Below are positions 1-12,528 of a stretch of DNA of 64,000 nucleotides, one piece after another. The notes beneath the pieces were generated by a model. It was not told the DNA's origin. It did not search any database and was given only the letters and a program-made list of their open reading frames with translations. The stretch's first letter is position 1. Every line of letters begins with the position of its first letter. Source of the DNA: Burkholderiales bacterium (lineage in GTDB: Bacteria; Pseudomonadota; Gammaproteobacteria; Burkholderiales; SG8-39); assembly GCA_026416295.1 (NCBI GenBank), contig JAOAFL010000097.1, forward strand, positions 14,671 to 78,670. The letters are read 5' to 3'. The translations under genes were made by a program, and so were the position numbers.

Positions 1-2048
<2,048 letters not shown>

Positions 2049-2052
<4 letters not shown>

Positions 2053-3197
2053 TCCTGAACTTCGACGAAGACGCGGCACCCGGCGCGATTCCCGCGATCG
2101 CGGCAGTCCCGCGCGCGGCGTTCGCGCCGGGCGGCGGCGCGGGCGCGCGCAGCGAGCGCTATGCCGCCGGCAACGCCTGGCGGCGCATCACGGTCGAGGA
2201 CAAGCGGGTGATCAACTCGCGCGCCGACGTCAACCAGCTCGTGCCGTTCAAGTACCGCTGGGCGTGGGAAAAGTACCTCGCGGCCTGCGCCAACCACTGG
2301 ATGCCGCAGGAAATCAACATGAGCCGCGACATCGCGCTGTGGAAGGACCCGCACGGGCTGACCGAAGACGAGCGGCGCATCGTCAAGCGCAATCTCGGCT
2401 TTTTCGTTACCGCCGATTCGCTCGCGGCGAACAACATCGTCCTCGGCACCTACCGCCACATCACCGCGCCGGAGTGCCGCCAGTACCTGCTGCGCCAGGC
2501 GTTCGAGGAGGCGATCCACACCCACGCCTACCAGTACATCGTCGAGAGCCTCGATCTCGACGAGGGCGAAGTGTTCAACGCCTACCACGAGGTGCCGTCG
2601 ATCCGCGACAAGGACGAGTTCCTCATCCCGTTCATCGATACGCTCACGGATCCGGCGTTTCGCACCGGAACGCCGGAGGCCGACCGCCAGCTGCTCAAGA
2701 GCCTGGTCGTGTTCTCGTGCCTGATGGAGGGGCTGTTCTTCTACGTCGGGTTCGTGCAGATCCTCGCCCTCGGCCGGCAGAACAAGATGACCGGCGCGGC
2801 CGAGCAGTACATGTACATCCTCCGTGACGAGTCGATGCACTGCAATTTCGGCATCGACCTGGTCAACCAGATCAAGCTCGAGAACCCGCATCTGTGGACG
2901 CCCGAGTTCCGCGCCGAGCTCGCGGAGCTGTTCCGGCGCGCGGTCGAGCTCGAATACCGCTACGCCGAGGACACGATGCCGCGCGGGGTGCTCGGGCTGA
3001 ACGCTCCGATGTTCAAGGAGTATCTGCGCTTCATCTGCAACCGTCGCTGCCAGCAGATCGGGCTGGAGCCGCTTTATCCGGGGGCGACCAACCCGTTTCC
3101 CTGGATGGCCGAGATGATCGACCTCAAGAAGGAGCGCAACTTTTTCGAGACGCGCGTCATCGAGTATCAGACGGGCGGGGCGCTCAGCTGGGACTAG
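2049..3197 (+). CDS. nrdB: Ribonucleotide reductase class Ia beta subunit
   Basis: GTG at 2049 overlaps the nrdA stop (GTGA); C-terminal part of track ORF 243..3197; [12 protein letters not shown] (radical Tyr present), [21 protein letters not shown]. Confidence 0.96.
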
Positions 3198-3225
3198 GGC
3201 GATGCCGGCGAACGAGGAGCGGAAG

Positions 3226-3474
3226 ATGCGCAAGGTAACGGCCTGCAGGGCCGAGCAAGACTACAAGCTCTGGATCCGTTTCGACGACGGACTGGAGGGT
3301 AGCGTCTTCCTCGGCGACTTGCTCGAGATCGGCGCGTTCAAGCTTTGGCTCGACGTGCGCGAATTCGAAAAAGTGAGGGTCGATCCGGAGACCGCGACGG
3401 TGACCTGGGAGGGCGGTATCCGGCTCGACCCCGAGGTGCTCTACCAGGATCTCGCCGCCCGCACGGCACGCTAG
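3226..3474 (+). CDS. DUF2442-family small protein (antitoxin-like)
   Basis: GAGGAG at 3214-3219 precedes ATG 3226; pattern YKLWIRFDDG...FEKVRVD...TVTWEGGIRLDPEVLY is typical of DUF2442. Confidence 0.75.
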   Translation: MRKVTACRAEQDYKLWIRFDDGLEGSVFLGDLLEIGAFKLWLDVREFEKVRVDPETATVTWEGGIRLDPEVLYQDLAARTAR

Positions 3475-3599
3475 CGATGCGCTCGAGGACGCGAGATCAC
3501 GAATTCGGCGAGCGGGCGAAGCGTCGTCTTCGCCCGCTGCCGGATAGGCCGGGGCGAAAGAGCCCGGCTTCCCTGTAACTTCTCAGAAAGGAGGCCGTT

Positions 3600-3896
3600 A
3601 TGGCGAAGAAAAAGGCGAAGAAAGCGGCGAAGAAGAAGAAAAAGAAGAAAGCGTCAAAGAAGAAGAAAGCGTCCAAGAAGAAACTGACGTTAAGGGCGGC
3701 GGGTAAAAAGAAAAAGGCCGCGAAGAAGAAGCCGGCGAAGAAAACAGCGGCAGAAAAACCCGCGCAACCCGTGGCCGGCACTGCGGCCGCACCGCAGGCG
3801 GCGCCGAGCGCGCCGGCTGCGTCCGGGGCCACCGGCGCCTCGACGGCGCTGAACCCGGCAGCCGCATGGCCGTTTCCCACCGGTTCCAGGCCCTAG
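3600..3896 (+). CDS. Histone H1-like Lys/Ala-rich DNA-binding protein
   Basis: Strong SD AAGGAGG; poly-Lys N-terminus; C-terminal LNPAAAWPFPTGSRP typical of betaproteobacterial histone-like proteins. Confidence 0.8.
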   Translation: MAKKKAKKAAKKKKKKKASKKKKASKKKLTLRAAGKKKKAAKKKPAKKTAAEKPAQPVAGTAAAPQAAPSAPAASGATGASTALNPAAAWPFPTGSRP

Positions 3897-4129
3897 GCCA
3901 GGAGCCGTTTCGGGAACTTGGCGAGGACGTCGGTGCGTCCTCGCCAAGGCCCTTGGGGCCTTCCGGATCGACGCAACGCGTCGGCCGTGCCATATCGGGA
4001 TGCGGAAAGCGATCCGGAAGGCTGCTTTCTTCCGAATTTTAACCTTTTACCGCGATCGCATCGTTTTCATAACCCTCTGAAAATTTGCGGGTTTTTATAG
4101 AGTCGGTAGAGCCCCGGGAGGAACCGCGT

Positions 4130-4159
4130 TTGACGACTCGGATTCCGCCGGACTATCAT
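4130..4159 (+). promoter_or_regulatory. Putative sigma70 promoter for the lytic transglycosylase gene
   Basis: TTGACG (4130-4135), 18-nt spacer, TATCAT (4154-4159), with AT-rich DNA upstream. Confidence 0.6.
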
Positions 4160-4166
4160 TTTCTTG

Positions 4167-4181
4167 TGCTGCAATGCAGCA
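4167..4181. promoter_or_regulatory. Palindromic operator TGCTGCA-A-TGCAGCA (PhaR-like CTGC-N3-GCAG)
   Basis: Perfect 7-bp inverted repeat at the predicted transcription start; regulator identity is an inference. Confidence 0.45.
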
Positions 4182-4383
4182 TATCTGCGCGATTCGACTC
4201 CCAAATCGCGCAAACGGCCTGAGACGGCTCTGATCGGCCCGATGTCAGGGCCGACGAAGTCAGAGGTCGTTCGCCCTGTACCCGCTGCCCCTTACCGAGG
4301 GGTAGGCACGTGATTTCGCTGCATGCCGCTTCGCCGACCAACGAGAGCGCGGCGGACGCAGCAAAAGAAAGAGGAGTAAGACG

Positions 4384-5079
4384 ATGAGCGCAACGAACGG
4401 GTCCGTCCTTTCGCCCGCCTCGGGCGCGATGGCGCGCCTTGCTGCGGCGACGCGGTCGGCGCTTGCGTTGATCGGTTTGGTGGCCCTGATCGTGTCGGCG
4501 TACCCCGCCGCGCGCGAGCCGCTGTTTCGCCAAGTGGCGCTGGCGGCGGCACCGGGCTGGGACGGCGAAGGGCCGGGCGTGGAGACCTCACCACGCGAGG
4601 CCGCAGACCGAGGTGCGGTGCACGAGCGCGAAACGCGCGCCCTGGTGGAGTTCATCGCGCGTCGCTATCGCGTCGCCGAGGAAGCGATCGCGGGGTTCGT
4701 CGCCGCGGCCTACCGCGCCGGCAGTGAGCTGCGGCTCGATCCGCTGCTCATCCTCGCGGTGATGGCGGTCGAGTCGCGTTTCAACCCGGTCGCCGAAAGC
4801 GTCCTCGGCGCCAAGGGCCTGATGCAGGTGATCGGCCGCTTTCACCTCGACAAGCTCGCCGAGCACGGCGGCGAGCCGGCGCTGCTCGATCCCGAGGTGA
4901 ACATTCAGGTCGGCGCGCGCATCCTGCGGGACTGCTTGCGTCGCGTCGGCGACCTCGAGGGCGCGCTGCGGATGTACGCAGGCGCCGCATCCGAGGAGCC
5001 CGGCGCCCAGTACGCCGCGAAGGTGCTCGCCGAACGTGCGCGGCTTCAGCAGGCGCTGCGCGCGCGGCCGGCGAGCTGA
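4384..5079 (+). CDS. Lytic transglycosylase, SLT domain, N-terminal membrane anchor
   Basis: SD GAGGAG 4371-4376; AVMAVESRFNP (catalytic Glu), GAKGLMQV, DPEVNIQVGARIL. Confidence 0.9.
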   Translation: MSATNGSVLSPASGAMARLAAATRSALALIGLVALIVSAYPAAREPLFRQVALAAAPGWDGEGPGVETSPREAADRGAVHERETRALVEFIARRYRVAEEAIAGFVAAAYRAGSELRLDPLLILAVMAVESRFNPVAESVLGAKGLMQVIGRFHLDKLAEHGGEPALLDPEVNIQVGARILRDCLRRVGDLEGALRMYAGAASEEPGAQYAAKVLAERARLQQALRARPAS

Positions 5080-5094
5080 CTCCGCGCGCCTCGC

Positions 5095-6258
5095 TCAGCC
5101 CGCGAAACGCGCAAGGCGCTGCGCCGCCTCGTCCAGCTCCGCGAGCGGACGGGTATACGCGAAGCGCACGTACGCGGCGGTGCCGTTCGCCCCGAAGTCG
5201 ACGCCCGGCGTCGCCGCGACCGCTTCGCGCTCGAGAAGTTCGATCGCGTAGCGCCGCCCGTCGCCGCTCGGGCAGCGCGCGTACACATAGAAGGCGCCCG
5301 TGGGCGTCGAGGGAACGTCGAGCCCCGCGCGCGCGAGCGCGGGCAGCAGAAAATCCCGCCGGCGCTCGAACTCCCGACGTCGCCGCTCCAGTTCCGCCAG
5401 CGTCTCGGGCAGGAAGCAGGCGAGCGCGGCGTGCTGCGCGAGCGCCGGCGCGCAGATGAAGGCGTGCTGCGCGAGCTTTTCCAGCTCGCGCACCCGCGCG
5501 TTGCCCGGTGCCTCGGGCAGCACGACCCAGCCGAGTCGCCAACCGGTCATGCAGAAGAACTTGGAGAAGCTGTCGACGAGCACCACTTCGCCGGGCAGGC
5601 CGAGCGCACTCTGCGGCGGCGCCCCGTAGACCAGCTCGCGGTAGATCTCGTCGACGATCAGCACGCCGCCGCGCGCGGCGACGACCTCGGCGATGCGGGC
5701 GAGATCGGCGCGCGCAAGCCGCGTTCCGGTCGGATTCGACGGCGAGCCGAGCAGCACCCCTTTCGTGCGCGGCGTCCAGGCCGAACCGATGATCTCCGGC
5801 GTCGGCTGCCAGTTCGTCGCCGCCGACACCGCGAGCGCCCGCGCGCGACCTTCGAGCGCGCGCACGAGGTGGCGGTAGCCCGGATATCCCGGGTCGGGCA
5901 CGAGGATCTCGTCGCCCGGCTCGACGTAGAGCGCGAGCGCGAGAAGCAGCCCTGCGGAGGCGCCTGCGGTGACCGCGACCCGCTCGGCCGGCGGCGCGGC
6001 GCCGTGCACGCGCGCATAGTGCGCGGCGATCGCTTCGCGCAGCGCCGGCAGTCCGAGCGTCGGCGTATAGGCCGTGCGGCCCTCGCGCAGCGCGCGCATC
6101 GCCGCCTCCACCACCGCCGGCGGCGCGGTGAAATCCGGCTCGCCGATTTCCAAGTGGATCACGCGCCGCCCGGCGGCTTCGAGCGCCTGCGCGCGCGCGA
6201 GCACGTCCATCACCTCGAAGGGCGAGATCGCGGCGACGCGCTGCGCGGTGCGCGGCAA
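5095..6258 (-). CDS. PLP-dependent aminotransferase class I/II
   Basis: C-terminal part of track ORF 5095..9654; IGEPDF, SPSNPTG, DEIY, SFSKFFCMTGWRLG. Start (TTG 6258) is uncertain. Confidence 0.88.
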   Translation of the reverse strand: MPRTAQRVAAISPFEVMDVLARAQALEAAGRRVIHLEIGEPDFTAPPAVVEAAMRALREGRTAYTPTLGLPALREAIAAHYARVHGAAPPAERVAVTAGASAGLLLALALYVEPGDEILVPDPGYPGYRHLVRALEGRARALAVSAATNWQPTPEIIGSAWTPRTKGVLLGSPSNPTGTRLARADLARIAEVVAARGGVLIVDEIYRELVYGAPPQSALGLPGEVVLVDSFSKFFCMTGWRLGWVVLPEAPGNARVRELEKLAQHAFICAPALAQHAALACFLPETLAELERRRREFERRRDFLLPALARAGLDVPSTPTGAFYVYARCPSGDGRRYAIELLEREAVAATPGVDFGANGTAAYVRFAYTRPLAELDEAAQRLARFAG

Positions 6259-6348
6259 TCGTTCGGCCGGTTGCAGAAAGCGCGTGTTTATAATTTCGGC
6301 TCCCGGCGCAACATAGCTCGCCTGCGCGCGCCGGGCAAGGAGCCCGAC

Positions 6349-8643
<2,295 letters not shown>

Positions 8644-8646
8644 CGC

Positions 8647-9864
8647 GTGCGCATGCCGGGCGAAGCGACCGCTGGCAGCGTCGTCCCGTTTCCTTCGTCG
8701 GGGCGCGTCCGGCCGCGCGCCGGGCTCGTGCTCACCGGCGGCGGCGCGCGCGCCGCCTACCAGGTCGGCGTGCTCAAGGCGGTGCGCGACATTCTCGGCA
8801 ACCCGGTGAAGAACCCGTTTCCGATCCTCACCGGCACCTCCGCCGGCGCGATCAACGCGGCGACGCTCGCGGTGTACGCCGACAACTACACGCGCGCGGT
8901 CGGCAACCTGCTGGAGGTGTGGGAGCACATGCGCTGCAGCCACGTGTACCGCACCGATGTGGCGAGCATCGTGAAAAGCGGCGCGCGCTGGCTCGGTGCG
9001 ATGATGCTCGTATCGCGCCGCAACCCGGTGTCGCTGCTCGACAATACGCCGCTGCGCGAGCTCCTTGCGCGCACGCTGCCGTTCGAGCGCATTCAGGCGC
9101 ACATCGACGCCGGGGCGCTCTACGCGGTCTGCGTCACCGCCTCCGGCTACACGTCCGGCCAGAGCGTGTCGTTCTTTCAGGGCGGACCGGGCGTCGAGGG
9201 CTGGCAGCGCAACCAGCGCGTCGGCGCCGCGGTGACGCTCGGTCTCGATTATCTGCTCGCCTCGAGCGCGCTGCCGTTCATCTTTCCGGCCGTCAAGCTG
9301 CATCGCGAGTATTTCGGCGACGGGTCGGTGCGCCAGATCGCGCCGATCAGTCCGGCGCTGCACCTGGGCGCCGACCGGGTGTTCGTCGTCGGCACCGGCC
9401 GCCAGGCGGCCGAGACCGCGCGCGCGCGTTCCAACGTCTATCCGTCGCTCGCGCAGATCGCCGGCCATGCGCTCAACTCGATTTTCCTCGACGGCCTGTC
9501 GGTCGACATCGAGCGCCTGGAGCGGATCAATCGCACGGTGAGCCTGATCGCGCCGGAAAAGCTCGTCGAGGCGGGATTGCCGCTGCGCCCGGTGAGAATC
9601 TGCTTCATCGCGCCGTCGCAGCCGATCGAGCGCATCGCGGCGCGCTTCGTGCACGAGTTGCCGCGCACGGTGCGCTTTCTGCTGCGCCCGACCGGGGCGC
9701 TCAACCGCGCCGGTTCGAACCTCGCGAGCTACCTGCTCTTCGAGGCGCCGTTCACCCGCGCGCTGGTCGACCTCGGCTACCAGGACACTGCGGCGCGCGC
9801 GCGCGAAGTCCGCGAGTTCTTCGCCGGCACCGAGGTCGCGGCCGGCGCGGAGGCGTCGCCATGA
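8647..9864 (+). CDS. Patatin-like phospholipase/esterase
   Basis: GGGARAAY, GTSAG (nucleophile Ser), ASSALP, DGS. Start may be ATG 8653. Confidence 0.9.
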   Translation: MRMPGEATAGSVVPFPSSGRVRPRAGLVLTGGGARAAYQVGVLKAVRDILGNPVKNPFPILTGTSAGAINAATLAVYADNYTRAVGNLLEVWEHMRCSHVYRTDVASIVKSGARWLGAMMLVSRRNPVSLLDNTPLRELLARTLPFERIQAHIDAGALYAVCVTASGYTSGQSVSFFQGGPGVEGWQRNQRVGAAVTLGLDYLLASSALPFIFPAVKLHREYFGDGSVRQIAPISPALHLGADRVFVVGTGRQAAETARARSNVYPSLAQIAGHALNSIFLDGLSVDIERLERINRTVSLIAPEKLVEAGLPLRPVRICFIAPSQPIERIAARFVHELPRTVRFLLRPTGALNRAGSNLASYLLFEAPFTRALVDLGYQDTAARAREVREFFAGTEVAAGAEASP

Positions 9865-10139
9865 GCGAGCCGAACGCGCCGCAGGACCCGTTCGAGGTGT
9901 ACCGGCGTCTGTGGGGCCCGCTCGGGGTGCCGGTGCCCGGCATGGCGATGCCGACGCTCGATCCGCAGGAGCTCGACAAGCGCATCCAGGAGCTGAAGGC
10001 GGTCGAGGCGTGGCTCGGCATGAATCTCAACATGCTGCGGCTCGCGATCCAGGCCCTCGAAATGCAGAAGGCGGGCCTCGCCGCGATGCAGCAGGCGATG
10101 GCGGCCGCATCACCGCAGGACAAGGACCGCAAACCCTGA
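9861..10139 (+). CDS. PhaM-family PHA-granule-associated protein (short form)
   Basis: ATG overlaps the patatin stop; core PTLDPQELDKRIQELKAVEAWLGMNLNMLRLAIQALEMQK resembles the PhaM N-terminal region. Confidence 0.7.
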   Translation: MSEPNAPQDPFEVYRRLWGPLGVPVPGMAMPTLDPQELDKRIQELKAVEAWLGMNLNMLRLAIQALEMQKAGLAAMQQAMAAASPQDKDRKP

Positions 10140-10159
10140 AAACAGAGGAGACAGCAGCG

Positions 10160-11131
10160 ATGGCAAAGGCAGTGAGGTTTCACCGTACCGGCGGACCCGA
10201 GGTGCTGCAGACCGACGACGTACCCGTCGGCGAGCCCGGACCGGGCGAGGTGCGCATCCGGCACACCGCGATCGGCGTCAACTTCATCGACACGTATCAG
10301 CGCGCGGGCCTGTATCCGATGCCGCTGCCGCAGATCGCGGGCAACGAGGGCGCGGGCGTCGTCGAGGCGGTCGGCGCGGGCGTCGCCGACCTCAAACCGG
10401 GCGATCGCGTCGCCTACACCGGGCTGCCGGGCGCGTACTGCGAAACCCGCGTCGTGCCGGCCGATCGCATGGTGAAGCTGCCCGATGCGATCAGCGACGA
10501 GCAGGCCGCCTCGATGATGCTGAAGGGCCTGACGGTGCACTACCTTATCTTCACGACCTACGCGGTGAAGCCAGGCGAGACGGTGCTGTGGCACGCGGCC
10601 GCGGGCGGCGTCGGGTTGATCGCCTGCCAATGGCTGCGCGCGCTCGGCGTCACCGTGATCGGCACCGCCGGCTCGGACGAGAAATGCGCGCTCGCCAAGG
10701 CGCACGGCGCGACACACGTCGTCAACTACGCGAAAGAGAACTTCGTCGAACGCGTCAAAGCGCTCACCGACGGGCGCGGCGTTCCGGTGGTGTACGACTC
10801 GGTCGGCAAGAGCACCTGGGACGGCTCGCTCGACTGCCTGCAGCCGCGCGGGCTGATGGTCTCGTTCGGCAACGCCTCGGGGCCGGTGCCGCCGGTGAAC
10901 CTGCTCGTGCTCTCGCAGAAGGGCTCGCTCTACGTCACGCGCCCCACGCTCGCCACCCACATCGCCACGCGCGCCGACCTTCTTGCGCGCTCGAACGCGC
11001 TCTTCGAGGCGGTCGCCTCGGGCAAGGTGAAAATCGAGACCACCGCCCGCTACCGGCTCGCCGACGCCGCGCAGGCGCACCGCGATCTGGAAGGCCGCAA
11101 GACCACCGGCTCGGTGGTGCTCGTGCCCTGA
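10160..11131 (+). CDS. qor: NADPH:quinone oxidoreductase (zeta-crystallin family)
   Basis: SD GAGGAG; GGPEVL, AIGVNFID, HAAAGGVG, RKTTGSVVL. Confidence 0.92.
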   Translation: MAKAVRFHRTGGPEVLQTDDVPVGEPGPGEVRIRHTAIGVNFIDTYQRAGLYPMPLPQIAGNEGAGVVEAVGAGVADLKPGDRVAYTGLPGAYCETRVVPADRMVKLPDAISDEQAASMMLKGLTVHYLIFTTYAVKPGETVLWHAAAGGVGLIACQWLRALGVTVIGTAGSDEKCALAKAHGATHVVNYAKENFVERVKALTDGRGVPVVYDSVGKSTWDGSLDCLQPRGLMVSFGNASGPVPPVNLLVLSQKGSLYVTRPTLATHIATRADLLARSNALFEAVASGKVKIETTARYRLADAAQAHRDLEGRKTTGSVVLVP

Positions 11132-11140
11132 GGGGGCGCG

Positions 11141-11737
11141 CTGGACGCCGACTGGCTGCGGCGGCATTTCGCCGTCGCACGGCCGCCCGAGGCAGCGTTG
11201 CGCGCCGACGAAGGCGCGCAGCCGCACGCAGGCCCGCTCGTTCCGGCGTCGGTTCTCGTGCCGATCGTCGCGCGCGAGAACGCGCTCACGGTGCTCTTTA
11301 CGCGCCGCACCGAGCACCTCAAGGCGCACTCCGGGCAGGTGGCGTTTCCGGGCGGGCGGGCCGAGCCGCAGGATCGCGGTCCGGAGGCGACGGCGCTGCG
11401 CGAGGCAAAAGAGGAGATCGGCCTCGAGCCGGACCGCGTCGAGCTGCTCGGACGACTGTCGGCGTACGACACGCGGACCGGATTTCGCGTCACGCCGGTG
11501 GTCGGTCTCGTGCCGACGCCGCTTGCGCTCGCGCCCGATCCGAACGAGGTCGCCGAGGTCTTCGAGGTGCCGCTCGCGTTCCTGCTCGATCCGCGCAACC
11601 ACCGGCGCGACAGTCGCCTCTGGCAGGGCGAAGTACGCCGGTTCTACACCATCGCGTGGGGCGAGCGCGTCATCTGGGGCGCGACCGCCGCGATCGTGGT
11701 CAACCTGTCGCGCTACCTGCGCGCGGCGGCTCGTTAG
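11141..11737 (+). CDS. Nudix CoA pyrophosphatase (NudL-like)
   Basis: LFTRRTEHLKAHSGQVAFPGG, ALREAKEEIG, IWGATA. Start uncertain (CTG 11141 or TTG 11198). Confidence 0.85.
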   Translation: MDADWLRRHFAVARPPEAALRADEGAQPHAGPLVPASVLVPIVARENALTVLFTRRTEHLKAHSGQVAFPGGRAEPQDRGPEATALREAKEEIGLEPDRVELLGRLSAYDTRTGFRVTPVVGLVPTPLALAPDPNEVAEVFEVPLAFLLDPRNHRRDSRLWQGEVRRFYTIAWGERVIWGATAAIVVNLSRYLRAAAR

Positions 11738-12501
11738 CGGCGCGCTCCGGGCGCCGGCGCCCCCCGGGCGCGCGCCGCGACCTGCTCGCGCGCGTACAGC
11801 CGCGCGAAGTTCGCGAGCGAGTGCAGGTGGGCGTACACGCGGCTCGGCGTGCCGCGCTCGGCGAGAGACTTCAGGTCGGCGGCCGCGAGCGCGGCGAGAC
11901 GCGCCTCGTCCACGCGATACATGCCCGCGACGCGCGTCCTCGCGCGCGCCCCTTTCCGGACCTCCATCGTGAACGGGGCGAAAACACCGAGGCGCGCAAG
12001 CGTCGCGCACATGTCGGCGGGCCGGTCGAGGTCCGCCTCGTATTCGGCCAGCAGGCGCTCGATCGCCTGCCAGCGCGGGGTCGGCCGACCCTCGCCGTCG
12101 AACGGCGCGACCCTGCCCGGTTCGAGGCAGGCGCGCGCAACGCACACGAGCCGCTCGCCGCTCGGCACGCCATCGCGGTAGACCTTGGAGAGGCAAAAGG
12201 GGTAGCGCCGCACGTAGGCGGGCAGGTACGCCTGCGGGTCCCAGTCGCCGGGGGCGTCGACGAACAGGTTCGTGCCCTCGGCCAGCCCGAGCACGATCAC
12301 CGGCGAGAAACTCGCGCCGCCGTCGCCCGAAGCGAACACGATCGGGTAATCGCGCGCGGCGGCGACGAACTCGGAATACGAGAGCGCGAGCGCGTTCAGC
12401 GCACGGCAGAACGAGGGCGCGCCGCCTGCGGGCAGCAGGACGCGGTCGGTTGTCTGCAGCGGAACGACCTCGTCGCAGCCGAACGGCGGCGCGATTCTCA
12501 G
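11734..12501 (-). CDS. SapC-family protein
   Basis: EFVAAARDYPIVF, GLAEGTNLF, YLPAYVRRYPF, YAHLHSLANF. No canonical start found; CTG 12501 assumed. Confidence 0.75.
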   Translation of the reverse strand: MRIAPPFGCDEVVPLQTTDRVLLPAGGAPSFCRALNALALSYSEFVAAARDYPIVFASGDGGASFSPVIVLGLAEGTNLFVDAPGDWDPQAYLPAYVRRYPFCLSKVYRDGVPSGERLVCVARACLEPGRVAPFDGEGRPTPRWQAIERLLAEYEADLDRPADMCATLARLGVFAPFTMEVRKGARARTRVAGMYRVDEARLAALAAADLKSLAERGTPSRVYAHLHSLANFARLYAREQVAARARGAPAPGARR

Positions 12502-12528
12502 GGTAAAGGCATTGTATAGAATGGCCCG

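Noticed and set aside
3600-3750. AAG-rich low-complexity tract as a tandem repeat or array
   Set aside because: Explained by Lys codons of the histone-like protein.
4205-4265. Resemblance to a c-di-GMP-I riboswitch (GCAAAC) or SRP RNA (GTCAGG...GAAG)
   Set aside because: The remaining consensus elements and their spacing are absent; kept only as an unclassified leader.
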